Below are positions 17,001-26,071 of a stretch of DNA of 34,349 bases, piece by piece. The DNA comes from Candidatus Eiseniibacteriota bacterium (GTDB lineage Bacteria > Orphanbacterota > Orphanbacteria > Orphanbacterales > Orphanbacteraceae). How positions within the stretch are numbered: position 1 is the stretch's first letter; the number at the start of each line of letters is the position of its first letter. The stretch lies in assembly GCA_043809585.1 (NCBI GenBank), contig JBDROZ010000119.1, positions 1 to 34,349 of the forward strand, written 5' to 3'. Under the pieces are notes generated by a model. That model searched no databases. It was not told where the DNA came from and saw only the letters and a program-made list of their open reading frames with translations. A program made the position numbers and the translations under genes.

Positions 17001-18850
17001 TAGGTCTCGCTCCCCTTCCAGAGGCAGACCAACGCCCCCTCGATCGGAAGGGTGATGTCCTCGACGGTGACGATCATCGAGTTCTCGGCGATCGCCACGG
17101 ACGCCCGGTGGGTGACGGTGATCGGGCCGGGAACGGCGGTCCAGACGTCGATCACGGGATCGCCCATCAGGTTCGCCCAATGGGCCCAGATGGTGACCGC
17201 GTTCGGCTCGTTCGACCCGTAGTTCAGGGCCATCTCCACCTTGCCCCGGGAGGCGGAGGCGCCCATGGTGTGGAGGTTTTCCTGGATCAGTCCGTGGAAG
17301 ATTCCGTAGAACATGCAGTTGTTGTAGCGCGTATGGGTGCCGAGGGTCGCCATGCCGATCGCCCCGATGCCCCCTTCCGGAACGGCGCTCGGGATCGAGT
17401 CGGCCACGATCGCGCCCCCACGGAGGAATCCCTCGGCCCGGCTCGTCCCGGAGGCGAAGGAGCCGGTGTCGCAGGTGATGATCACGCAGTAGGGGAGCTT
17501 CCATCCGTTGTTGATGGCCGACACGTAGCCGTTGCTCCAGCCGCTCATATTGTAATAGCCTCGGTATCCCATCACCGTGTCCCCCTTGCCGAGGGCGGTG
17601 AGCATCTTCGTCACGAATGTGGCCGAGAAGATCGAGTCCACTTCGGTGTAGCCTATGTTCCAGAGGTGGTTCCGGAGCCAGCGCTGGGTCTCGATGCAGC
17701 TGTAGCCGGAGGAGGAGGGGTCGCCGATGACGCACCCCCGGGTGAACCAGCCGGTGTTTCTCATTTCGGGGTCCGACTCGTAGTACACCGACTTCTGGAT
17801 GATGACGCCGAGTTCGGCCATGGTGCCGTAGGAAAGACGGCCGAGGTGGACGTCGGGCAGGGCGTCGCCGCCGACGAGCTGGCTGTAAGGGAGGTCACCC
17901 TCCCCGTCGTATCCGGAGAGGGTCTCGAAAAACGTGGGGATCTGGCTCACGTCGCCGACGAGCACCACGTATTCGAGATCCACGTTCGGATCGTTGTACA
18001 CGCTCTGGATGTAGCTCTTGATCTGGTTCGCGGACGTCCCGGTCTGGGCGGTGGTGACGTGCGTCACCGGGTACCCCTTTCGGGTGCGCCACTCGATGTA
18101 CTTCTGGACCGAATCGATGACGGCCGCGTTGTTCTGGGTGATCATCAGGATCGTGCCGGGCGCGACGGTCGTCAGCGGAGCCGCGTCGTCGTAGTTCACG
18201 ACCAGGGCCCGGTACATCTCGTAGAAGCTCGGCGGAACGGTCGTGGGGAGGGAGGCCTTCTCCGGAGCCGCCCCCTCGAACTCGATCTCCACCTCGATGC
18301 GCCGGGCCACCTTCATGGTGCGGCTCGCCGGATCGTAGTGGACCGGCCGGAAGTCGAGGTTCATCACCCGGAGGTCCCGGAGGTAGGCCGGAGAGCCCAC
18401 GACCACGTCGACCCCGTCGTCCATGCGCATCGCCGAGTAGGCGGCGGCGTCGTACATGAACTCGTTCGGCTCGCTCTCCCGCCCGTCCTGCACGGGGAGA
18501 AGGTGGACGCCCGTGAAGGTCTCTTCCTCCAGACGCGTCGAGTTCACCCGGACCGTGGCCCCTTCAGGCACGGCGAGAAGGCGGGCGTAGGTCGGAATCG
18601 CCGGCTCGCCGACACCACCCATCGCCCCTCCGCCCGGGATCGCGGCCGCCTGAAACTCCATCCCGCCCAAAGTGATGCTCTCCATCAGGAGTTCGGGCAG
18701 CTCGAAGAGGAGCGTGATCCCGTTCCCGTTCGACGAGACGAGATCGACGACGGGAGCTTTCTCCGGAGAGACGCCGGTGACGTCGTCTCCGAAGAGAGGA
18801 GAATGAATCAGGAGCCCGCTCAGCAGGCAAAGCAAAGCGATGCGACGCAT
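14012..18850 (-). CDS. Large secreted C25 (gingipain-fold) peptidase-like protein with Ig-like/adhesin repeats and C-terminal FlgD-like sorting domain
   Basis: Signal peptide MRRIALLCLL from ATG 18850. Propeptide GEPAIP. YVVLVGD..IP, DLPYSQLVGGD..PDVHLGRL, ITCDTG, NLMGDP and GNGDG..NP.ETI repeats. Carboxypeptidase-regulatory-like domain. C-terminal PNPFNPRTTI..WDG..SGIYF. Confidence 0.85.
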   Translation of the reverse strand: MRRIALLCLLSGLLIHSPLFGDDVTGVSPEKAPVVDLVSSNGNGITLLFELPELLMESITLGGMEFQAAAIPGGGAMGGVGEPAIPTYARLLAVPEGATVRVNSTRLEEETFTGVHLLPVQDGRESEPNEFMYDAAAYSAMRMDDGVDVVVGSPAYLRDLRVMNLDFRPVHYDPASRTMKVARRIEVEIEFEGAAPEKASLPTTVPPSFYEMYRALVVNYDDAAPLTTVAPGTILMITQNNAAVIDSVQKYIEWRTRKGYPVTHVTTAQTGTSANQIKSYIQSVYNDPNVDLEYVVLVGDVSQIPTFFETLSGYDGEGDLPYSQLVGGDALPDVHLGRLSYGTMAELGVIIQKSVYYESDPEMRNTGWFTRGCVIGDPSSSGYSCIETQRWLRNHLWNIGYTEVDSIFSATFVTKMLTALGKGDTVMGYRGYYNMSGWSNGYVSAINNGWKLPYCVIITCDTGSFASGTSRAEGFLRGGAIVADSIPSAVPEGGIGAIGMATLGTHTRYNNCMFYGIFHGLIQENLHTMGASASRGKVEMALNYGSNEPNAVTIWAHWANLMGDPVIDVWTAVPGPITVTHRASVAIAENSMIVTVEDITLPIEGALVCLWKGSETYVTGYTDENGLVELPLTNVTAGSMYLTVTKHNLHPYLATVNVSAGDHVGYAAATIDDDGSGGSSGNGDGVINPNETIELPVQLRNFGGSSVSGVTATLTESDPFVTITDNAESFGTIGSGGTAWSAEDFDIVVAPGCPDGHVLRLGLDATNGVDDWHSLIELDVVSAELLYQSRTFYNDGGNGLDPGETVDLAVTVYNSGGVAAGSMTGTLVSQSSYVSVGDAQGTFGTIGTGGTGNNSGDRFTVSASSNVYEGYSASMLLIAQFDGGRIDTIPFGLTVGQVSNNDPTGPDAYGYLAYENVDTAYPEAPTYSWIELDPAYGGSGGTHVNLDYAGDDYGVNEVLTLPFTFNYYGRSYDQVTVCSNGWIAMGVSESFSYRNWTIPGAGGPDAMIAPFWDDLYTTTSAPASQAYYKYEAVNHRWIFEWSRYRNAVGGAVETFEVILYDPAFHTTDTGDGMIEFQYQQVTNYDPTEGYATVGIESPDQLDGILITYWNRYSAGATTLAAGRAIRFLPMLETAYGFLSGTVRNTSYNNTPVAGAMVEVLGTGRSFPSGADGTFSGSVAPGTYTVVASRAGFEPDTVAGVSITESQMTIQDFGLVDNAGPIVTVTPHEDTDDVTGPYVIPVTIEEFSGLPQRRIHYRTNWNAELLTVQLDSIGPGQFQGEIPGQPYTSIVEYFVYARDGLDQITIDPPGAPFDMHRFIVSQIAIVVDDDFETNNGWTLGVAGDDATTGVWIHADPVGTDYSGSEVQPEDDHTPDPGTICFVTGNGAVGGAAGDNDVDGRQTTLLSPVFDLTGYSLASLSYAVWYTNSYGSSPNSDIWNVQVTDNGSTWKNLEYTTASTNAWVVRSFALDDTISLTNQVRFRFIASDDANGSLVEAAVDDILITATNDYATGIAEGSPEVPLAFGLEPGRPNPFNPRTTIGFSMPTEGRALIRVYDIAGREVATLINATVPAGRHEVLWDGKNGSGRDVTSGIYFVRFEASGFLQVRQITLVR

Positions 18851-18993
18851 GGAACCCTCCGCTGGTTCGAACGTGGACGCGACGGTTTCGTTATGGAACC
18901 CCACCTTCGAGAAGGGCGAACTTCTCGAAGCATAAGACGACGAAGTGAACTTTCGGCGTGGGGGGAGTTCGACCGGAATGATCACTCGTTCGC

Positions 18994-19002
18994 ATTATAG
19001 CA
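18994..19002 (-). promoter_or_regulatory. Extended -10 promoter for the leftward C25 gene
   Basis: The minus strand reads TG-C-TATAAT, a perfect extended -10, in an AT-rich patch. Confidence 0.6.
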
Positions 19003-19144
19003 TAGCCCGTAACGAGATTACAGGATAAGGTGCGTCCCCCACTCGCGTCCTCCGGCGGTGACTTTCCGACTCGTTTCCTCGGATGCGGATGGCGGGCGGG
19101 CCCCCTCATCCACGGGGCGCGGGGAGGGGGGGGGAATTCCGGGC

Positions 19145-19173
19145 TTCCGATCGCGCCTAAGTTATGGTATAAT
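19145..19173 (+). promoter_or_regulatory. Extended -10 promoter for the rightward operon
   Basis: TG-G-TATAAT at 19165-19173, with a weak -35 TTCCGA 17 nt upstream. Confidence 0.6.
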
Positions 19174-19373
19174 TTCGCTTAATCGTGTTCTGCCTCGGCC
19201 CGTCCTCCAGGGGATCGGCCGCGTGGAAATCGGGCGGGAGGAGGCCCGGCCGCCGGGCGTTCCCGGTCTTTTTCGCGCGCGATCCGCGGCGGACCGCCGG
19301 ATCCGACCGCGGAACCGCCGTTCGATGATCGCTCCCCCGATTCTGGGTCTTTTACCGTCTAGGAGAATGAGTG

Positions 19374-21011
19374 ATGAGAAAGGGGCTCTGTCTGGCCGTC
19401 CTCCTGCTCTCCGCCGCCGTCGCCCACGGAGGGACCATCCAGGTACCGGGCGATTACACGCTCCTCCAGGCCGCCCTCGACGCGGCGGTCTCCGGTGACA
19501 CGGTGCTCGTCGCCGCCGGCACCTATGACTCCCTCTTCTATCCGCCGGGCGCCGACACGGCGCGGTGCGTGGCCTACATGAAGACCGGCGTCACCCTGCT
19601 CGGCGCGGGCATGGGCCAGACCGTAATCGACGCCCAGAACCAGGGCCGGGGGATCCTCTGCTACGGGGTTTCGAGCGGCCGCATCGAGGGCCTCACGGTC
19701 ATCAACGCCTTCTCCGAGATTACCGGCGCGGGAATCTTCTGCACCCAAGGCTCTTCCCCGACCATCGCCGGCTGCGAGGTCAAGGAGTGCGGGGACGGGG
19801 GGATCATCTGCACCTTCGCCTCGAACCCCCTCATCACGGACTGCGTGATCAAGGACAACATCTACAAGTCGGGCGGAGGCATCGCCATCGAAGACGGCGC
19901 CTCCCCCACCGTGGTGAACACTCTCATCTACCGGAACAGGGCGCCCGAGGCGGGCGGGGTCCTCGTCCGCGGAGCGGGCTCGTCGGGGCTGTTCATCAAC
20001 TGCGTGATCGACAGCAACTATCTGAACGCCAGCGACGCGCCCGGCGGCGGCTTCGCCGTGCGGGACGGCGGCCTCACGGTCCGGAACTGCCGGGTGACGC
20101 GGAACCGGGCGACCGGCGCCGGGGGCGGGTTCGATATCCGCTCGGCCGGGTCCCCCGTCGTGATCGATTCGACCATCATCGCGGACAACTCGACGGCGGA
20201 CGCCTTCGGTCCCGGCGGCGGCCTCTACATGGAGCTCTCCGACCTCGAGCTGACGTTCTGCGAGATCACGGGCAATTCGGCGCCGGGAACGGACTCCCTG
20301 AACGACGGGGGGGGCATCTTCGCCTTTCTCCCGAGTTCGATGACCATGACGAACTGCACCGTCGCCGACAATTCGACCCGTCCCCTCGGCCGGGCCGGCG
20401 GCATCTACTGTTGGTTCGCGAACCCGACCATCGAGAAGTCGATCCTCGCCTTCAACCACCTCAAGGGGATCCACTGCGAAGACTCGACCCCGATCCTCTC
20501 GTGCACCGACATCTACGGGAACGACAACGACGCCCTCTGCGGGACCGACAACGGCGGAAACTTCTCGGCCAATCCGGGGTTCTGCGACCGGCCGAATGGG
20601 GACTACACCCTGGCCGGGACGTCCCCGTGCCTGCCGGGCAACCACCCGGACAGCGAACCGTGCGGATTGATCGGAGCATACGGTGTGGGGACCTGCGCCA
20701 TCGGGGTCGCCGATGGATCGGGCGCCGAGAGCATGATCCCCTTCGATCACCAGGCGAGCCCGAACCCCTTCGGGCCGAGCACGACGATCCGGTTCGGCAT
20801 GACGAATGCCGGACGGGCAAGCGTGGCGATCTACAACATCCAGGGGCGCCGGGTCCGAATGTTCGAAGAGGGCGAACTCGCCGCCGGCCCGCACCAGGTT
20901 TCCTGGGACGGACGGGACGATTCGGGGCGCGCCCTCTCCTCGGGCGTCTATTTCTACCGGGTGACGGAAAACGGTCGCGGGAGGAGCGGACGGCTCGTGT
21001 TGACGCGGTAG
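19374..21011 (+). CDS. Secreted right-handed parallel beta-helix protein with C-terminal FlgD-like domain
   Basis: AGGAG RBS and signal peptide. IQVPGDY..LQAALDAAVSGDTVLVAAGTY, repeated GGGI.....P.I..C.I..N units, NPGFC..GDYTL..SPC, and C-terminal PNPF..WDG..SGVYFYR. Confidence 0.85.
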   Translation: MRKGLCLAVLLLSAAVAHGGTIQVPGDYTLLQAALDAAVSGDTVLVAAGTYDSLFYPPGADTARCVAYMKTGVTLLGAGMGQTVIDAQNQGRGILCYGVSSGRIEGLTVINAFSEITGAGIFCTQGSSPTIAGCEVKECGDGGIICTFASNPLITDCVIKDNIYKSGGGIAIEDGASPTVVNTLIYRNRAPEAGGVLVRGAGSSGLFINCVIDSNYLNASDAPGGGFAVRDGGLTVRNCRVTRNRATGAGGGFDIRSAGSPVVIDSTIIADNSTADAFGPGGGLYMELSDLELTFCEITGNSAPGTDSLNDGGGIFAFLPSSMTMTNCTVADNSTRPLGRAGGIYCWFANPTIEKSILAFNHLKGIHCEDSTPILSCTDIYGNDNDALCGTDNGGNFSANPGFCDRPNGDYTLAGTSPCLPGNHPDSEPCGLIGAYGVGTCAIGVADGSGAESMIPFDHQASPNPFGPSTTIRFGMTNAGRASVAIYNIQGRRVRMFEEGELAAGPHQVSWDGRDDSGRALSSGVYFYRVTENGRGRSGRLVLTR

Positions 21012-21100
21012 TTTCTTCTTCCGAACATGAGGTCAACAACGCGGTTGGTTTCGATCACCTCCGCGTTGTATGGTGGAGGTGGTGTTCCGGGAGGAGAACG

Positions 21101-24100
21101 ATGCAAAAGACACTGCTTACAGCTCTGATCACGTCACTGTCATTCACCGCCCCCGCGGGGGCCTCCGACATCGAATCCAGAGGGCCGGCGCCCGCGGTCT
21201 CCGTCGAGAACGGCGAGGGCCGGGTCCGTCTCGTCTTCGAGACCGGCGGGGAGATCCCCGACCGGCCGGTCCTCCGGCTGGTCCCCCTCCCCTCCGGAGC
21301 GACCACGCCCCGGGTCGGGGCCACCGGGAAAACCGGAACGGTCGAATTGGGGCAACCGATGGTGGCACGGGGGGTGACGCTTCTTCCGGTCACCCTGTCC
21401 CCCGAGGTCTTCGCCGCCGGGAAGAAGGCCGGATCCCCCGTGGCGGTGGAGATCCTCTTCGACGAGGGGGCCGCGAAAACTTCGAATCTCCGGGCCGCGG
21501 CGCATAGTCGCGGCTTTTTTTCCGCCTATGGCGACTTATTGGCCGGTGCCGGAAAAGTGGGAGGCGATGAGGAGGGGAGCTTCCTCATCATCACCGCCCC
21601 GCAGTTCGCGGCGGCCATCGAGCCTTTCGCGGCCTGGAAGAGGCAGATGGGATTCGAGACGATCGTGGCCACCACGAACGAGACCGGCACGGGGAACGAG
21701 TCGATCCGCGCCTGGATCCGTAACCTGTACGACACCGCCGAGAACCCGCCGCTCTACCTGGTTCTCGTGGGGGACGTGGAGCAGATTCCCGGGTTCGACT
21801 ACCACCAGAGCGTCACGGACCTCCCCTACGTCCTCATGGACGGCGACGATTTCCTTCCCGACCTCGAGGTGGGCCGCTTCTCGGCGAGTACCGTGAATCA
21901 CGTGCAGACCATCGTCGCGAAGACCGTCGGGTACGAGAAGACCCCCTCGGTCAGCGACACGACCTGGTTCCGGAAGGCCCTCCTGGTGGCGGGGAACTCC
22001 AGTTCGAGCACCCCCGTTCCTGTCTCCCGGTGGTGTCGGGAACAGCTCTACGGCGCGGGATTCGCCAAGGTGGACACGGTCTTCTACCCGCCCCACTGGG
22101 GGACCGGATTCCCCTTCATCAAGGCCTCCATCGACGCCGGAGTCTCGATCGTCAGCTACCGGGGATGGGCCTACGGGTGGCGGGGCTGGGAACCGCCCCA
22201 CTTCACGGTCGACGAAATCCCGAGCCTGAACAACGGGTGGAAGCTCCCCCTCGTCTGCAGTTTCGTCTGCGAAAACAACAATTACACCTTCCCCGAGTGC
22301 TTCGGCGAGGCGTGGATCCGGGCGGGATCGGCGGCGGCGCCGAAGGGGGCGGTCGCCTTCATCGGGAACAGCGAGCACTGGTCCCACACGAGGCACAACG
22401 ACGCGGCGGCGATCGGGACCTTCCGGGCGATCGCCGAGCGGGGAGAACGGCGGCTCGGCCAGCTCCTCCTCTCGGCGAAGAACGAGATCCACCGCTCGTT
22501 CCCCGACATGATCTACTACGCAACTCACGAAGACAACTCGGTCGAGTTCTACTACTACATCTACAGCCTCCTCGGCGACCCCTCCCTGGAACTCCTCACC
22601 GAGAGGCCCCGGGAGCTGACCGTGAACGGCCCCGACTCGATCGCCCTCGGAAGCAACTACTACTGGGTGGAGGTGCTGGACGGGGCGACGGGCGACTGGA
22701 TCGAGGGAGCCCGGGTCGGCCTCAGCCAGAACGGCGAGTTTCTCGCCTCCGGGTTCACCGACGAGGTGGGGGAAGCGGTGTTCTTCGCCGATTTCGACGA
22801 CGACTCCGCCCCCGTGGTGGTGACCGTCACCGGCCGGGGCCTGAAGGCGCGGCAGAAGACGCTTCCCGTGGTGTCGAACCGGACCCACCTCGGCATCGCC
22901 GGCGTGACGATCTACGACGACGGCACCGGTTCCAGTTCGGGGAACGGCGACGGGATCGTGAACCCCGGAGAGACGATCGCCATCGAGGCCGCGCTGAAGA
23001 ACGATAACGCCCAGGGGACGGCGACGTCGGTCGTCGCCTTCCTGAACGCGAAGGACCTCTTCGGCACGCTCGAGGCGGCCCTGATCGACTTCCCGAACAT
23101 ACCCGCCGGGGGCACGGCCGTCGCCGAGGCGACATGGACGGCGGTGTTCGACGGCGATCTCGAGGACGGATTCGTCGCCCGTTTCCGCCTCTCCGCTTTC
23201 ACGGGAGGGACGGAAACGGTGAACGGCTTCTCGCTCGCCGTGGAAGCGCCGGACGTCATGTACGAGCGACACCTCCTGGACGGCGACGGGATCCTCGATC
23301 CCGGCGAGACGTCCTCCCTGGCGGTGACGGTCGGGAACGAGGGCGCCGCGGACGGGAACGGCGTGACTGCCGTTCTCCGGAGCGAGACGCGCCACCTCGC
23401 GGTCGTCACCGACTCGATCGCCTCCTTCGGGAACCTCCCGCCCGGCGCGGGCGGGACCTCCGGTTCGCCCTTCACGATCGAGGCGACCGACAGCGCCGCC
23501 GTCGGCCAGGCGGCGGTCTTCACCCTTCTCCTCACGACGGACGGCGGTTACGAGATGACCACGTCCTTCAGCGTCCGGATCGGCGACGCGGACCACCGGG
23601 CCCCCCTCGGACCGGACCGGTACGGGTACTACGCCTACGACAACTCGGACACGGACTACCCGGACCACGCCCCGCTCTTCGAATGGAAGCCGATCTCCTC
23701 CGCCTACGGCGGGCCGGGCACCCGTCTCGCTCTCGAGGACGACGACTCGGCCGTGCTCCCCCTCGGCTTCGACTTCCGTTACTACGGCAAGACCTATGTC
23801 GAAATCCTCGTCTCCGACAACGGCTGGATCTCCTTCGACACCGAGGCCTCGTACGACTTCTACAACTGGTCCCTGCCGAACCTCTACGGGCCGGGGGCCA
23901 CGGTGGCGCCCTTTTGGGACAATCTGGACCCGGAGAAGAAGTACCAGGGGCGGCCGGTCGGCGACGGAATCTACTTCTATCCCGACGCGGTGAATCACCG
24001 ATTCATCGTCGAGTGGAGCCGCATCGGCAACGTGCGGCCCCATCACGAAAACCGGAGCGACTGGGACGAGCTCCAGACCTTCCAGGCGATCCTCCTCGAT

Positions 24101-24889
24101 CCCGACTACTACCCGACGCCCACCGGGGACGGGATCATCCGCTTCCAGTACAAACATGTCGTGAACAACGACTACGAGCGAATGTACGCCACCGTGGGGA
24201 TCGAGAACGAGGCGGAGAACGACGGCCTCGAGTACACCTACACCAACATGTACCCCGCGGCGGCCGCCCCTCTCTCGTCGGGCCTGGCGATCGACTTCAC
24301 CACCGCGCCCCCCCGCTACCGGCCGTACGATCTGGCGGCATTCAAGGCCCAGGCGACGGACGACGGGCTGCTCCTCTCCTGGACGCCCTCGGACGGCAGG
24401 CCCCGGGGCGCCACCGTGGTTTACCGGGCGGGCGGGGAGGGCCCGTACGAGGCCCTTCCCGGCGCGATGCTCCCGCCCGAGGCGACGGCCTATCTCGACG
24501 AGACCGCCGACCCGGCGAAGCCGTGGTCGTACAAGATCGGTTCCTTCGACCCTGTCGGACGGGAGACCGTGCTCGGGCCCTTCGTTTACGCGGGCAAGGC
24601 GGAGGGGGCCCTCCTCCTCTCCCTCGGCGTGACGGGACCGAACCCGTCCCGGGGGAATTCGATCCTTCGCTATTCGCTCCCCACCGAGGGCCGGGCCAAG
24701 CTCCGGATCTTCACCGTCACGGGCCGGCTCGTCCGGACCCTCGTGGACGGCGAGGTGGGCGCCGGCGCCTGGGTCGTCGATTGGGACGGCCGGGACGACC
24801 GCGGGAGAGAGCTCCCGAGCGGCATTTACTTCGGAAGGTTGGAAGTGGGGGCGGAGCGCCGGAACGCGAAGCTCACACTCCTCCGGTAG
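21101..24889 (+). CDS. Second C25 (gingipain-fold) peptidase-like protein with C-terminal FlgD-like domain
   Basis: GAGGAG RBS, ATG 21101, signal peptide. YLVLVGDVEQIP, DLPYVLMDGDDFLPDLEVGRFS, FVCENN, YSLLGDPS, GNGDGIVNPGETI and GPDRYGYYAYD. C-terminal GPNP..WDG..SGIYF. The listed ORF start 19565 is an upstream extension. Confidence 0.85.
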   Translation: MQKTLLTALITSLSFTAPAGASDIESRGPAPAVSVENGEGRVRLVFETGGEIPDRPVLRLVPLPSGATTPRVGATGKTGTVELGQPMVARGVTLLPVTLSPEVFAAGKKAGSPVAVEILFDEGAAKTSNLRAAAHSRGFFSAYGDLLAGAGKVGGDEEGSFLIITAPQFAAAIEPFAAWKRQMGFETIVATTNETGTGNESIRAWIRNLYDTAENPPLYLVLVGDVEQIPGFDYHQSVTDLPYVLMDGDDFLPDLEVGRFSASTVNHVQTIVAKTVGYEKTPSVSDTTWFRKALLVAGNSSSSTPVPVSRWCREQLYGAGFAKVDTVFYPPHWGTGFPFIKASIDAGVSIVSYRGWAYGWRGWEPPHFTVDEIPSLNNGWKLPLVCSFVCENNNYTFPECFGEAWIRAGSAAAPKGAVAFIGNSEHWSHTRHNDAAAIGTFRAIAERGERRLGQLLLSAKNEIHRSFPDMIYYATHEDNSVEFYYYIYSLLGDPSLELLTERPRELTVNGPDSIALGSNYYWVEVLDGATGDWIEGARVGLSQNGEFLASGFTDEVGEAVFFADFDDDSAPVVVTVTGRGLKARQKTLPVVSNRTHLGIAGVTIYDDGTGSSSGNGDGIVNPGETIAIEAALKNDNAQGTATSVVAFLNAKDLFGTLEAALIDFPNIPAGGTAVAEATWTAVFDGDLEDGFVARFRLSAFTGGTETVNGFSLAVEAPDVMYERHLLDGDGILDPGETSSLAVTVGNEGAADGNGVTAVLRSETRHLAVVTDSIASFGNLPPGAGGTSGSPFTIEATDSAAVGQAAVFTLLLTTDGGYEMTTSFSVRIGDADHRAPLGPDRYGYYAYDNSDTDYPDHAPLFEWKPISSAYGGPGTRLALEDDDSAVLPLGFDFRYYGKTYVEILVSDNGWISFDTEASYDFYNWSLPNLYGPGATVAPFWDNLDPEKKYQGRPVGDGIYFYPDAVNHRFIVEWSRIGNVRPHHENRSDWDELQTFQAILLDPDYYPTPTGDGIIRFQYKHVVNNDYERMYATVGIENEAENDGLEYTYTNMYPAAAAPLSSGLAIDFTTAPPRYRPYDLAAFKAQATDDGLLLSWTPSDGRPRGATVVYRAGGEGPYEALPGAMLPPEATAYLDETADPAKPWSYKIGSFDPVGRETVLGPFVYAGKAEGALLLSLGVTGPNPSRGNSILRYSLPTEGRAKLRIFTVTGRLVRTLVDGEVGAGAWVVDWDGRDDRGRELPSGIYFGRLEVGAERRNAKLTLLR

Positions 24890-24897
24890 CCGGGGAC

Positions 24898-26046
24898 ATG
24901 AGACGAATGGGCGGGATCATGAGATTGGGCATATTCGCGGCGGCGGCGATGATGATTCTCGGCCACGCTCCCGGCGCCGCCGGGGCGCCCGCCGAGGAAT
25001 CGTCGAAGGGGAAGCCGTGGTACGATTCGGTCAAGTTCTCCGGGAAATTCGCCTTCGAGGCCGCCTACGACGACAACGTGGTCCACTACTCCGGCGTCGA
25101 TCTCGCCGAGTTCGAATCGGTTCTGAACGTCGGTAAGTACTCGATCACCAAGGCGGGGGACTGGATCCTCCGGCCCCGGCTCGAGCTCGAGGCGAAGACG
25201 AAGGGCTGGGGGGGGGAGAGCCTCTCCCTCGATGCGACCCTCTCGTCGTGGCGGTACGTCTGGAACGACATCAAGAACAACGAATCGTACGACGTGACGC
25301 TGAAGCACGGCGCGTGGGGGGTGAGCAACTTTCAGCTCGGCTTCTATCACGCTCCCATGTACTACATCCGGAATTTCCGGGACCGGGACCCCTTCACCAG
25401 CATCGCCACGCCTCTTGGTTACAAGGACTTCTCCCTTACGTCGAACTCGATGTATCTCGGGTTCTGGAAGAAGTACACGAATAGGATCCGGGGGAAGATC
25501 GAGCTCCGGCGGGCGTGGCGCTACTTCAACCAGGCGTTCATGGAGAACGACAACTGGGAGTGGCGGATCACGGGCTACGTCCAGTACTCCCTCTTCGACT
25601 TCCTGGAGGTCAAGGGGGAGTACGCCTACAGCGACGTGAAGGGACGGGGGGCCGACTCGGCCGGCGAGACGAGGGAGAACTCGGACGACAGCGACCCCTC
25701 TTACGAGCGGGACGCCTACGCCTTCGATCTTCTGTACGCCTTCCCGAAGAAGAATCCGCTCCGTTTGAGCGGGCTCAATCTGAAATTCGACTACCAGATC
25801 TACTATTTCACGAGCGCGAAACGCATCGAGGAGGATCCGTTCCACGTGGGGCGGAAGGACAAGGTCTACCGTTTCGAAGCGATAGGGAACACGCGGCCCG
25901 TCCTCGGCCAGGTGAGCCTCCAGGGAGGCTACCGGTACACGGAGCGGACATCCACCGCCCCCGAGGCGTCGGCGGGCGAGGATATCGGCGAAGAGAAGGA
26001 CTACAAGGACAACCGTTACTGGTTCGGGGTCGAGTACCCGTTCTAG
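24898..26046 (+). CDS. Probable outer-membrane beta-barrel protein
   Basis: Signal peptide (starts possible at 24898/24907/24919). YDDNV early motif, many aromatic amphipathic strands and a C-terminal ...RYWFGVEYPF resembling a BAM beta-signal. Confidence 0.6.
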   Translation: MRRMGGIMRLGIFAAAAMMILGHAPGAAGAPAEESSKGKPWYDSVKFSGKFAFEAAYDDNVVHYSGVDLAEFESVLNVGKYSITKAGDWILRPRLELEAKTKGWGGESLSLDATLSSWRYVWNDIKNNESYDVTLKHGAWGVSNFQLGFYHAPMYYIRNFRDRDPFTSIATPLGYKDFSLTSNSMYLGFWKKYTNRIRGKIELRRAWRYFNQAFMENDNWEWRITGYVQYSLFDFLEVKGEYAYSDVKGRGADSAGETRENSDDSDPSYERDAYAFDLLYAFPKKNPLRLSGLNLKFDYQIYYFTSAKRIEEDPFHVGRKDKVYRFEAIGNTRPVLGQVSLQGGYRYTERTSTAPEASAGEDIGEEKDYKDNRYWFGVEYPF

Positions 26047-26071
26047 CACGAGCAAGAGGAGAGCATCGACG

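Noticed and set aside
21036-21069. Terminator between the beta-helix and C25 genes (ACAACGCGG...CCGCGTTGT)
   Set aside because: The loop is long and there is no U tail. At most it is an mRNA stability or processing stem.
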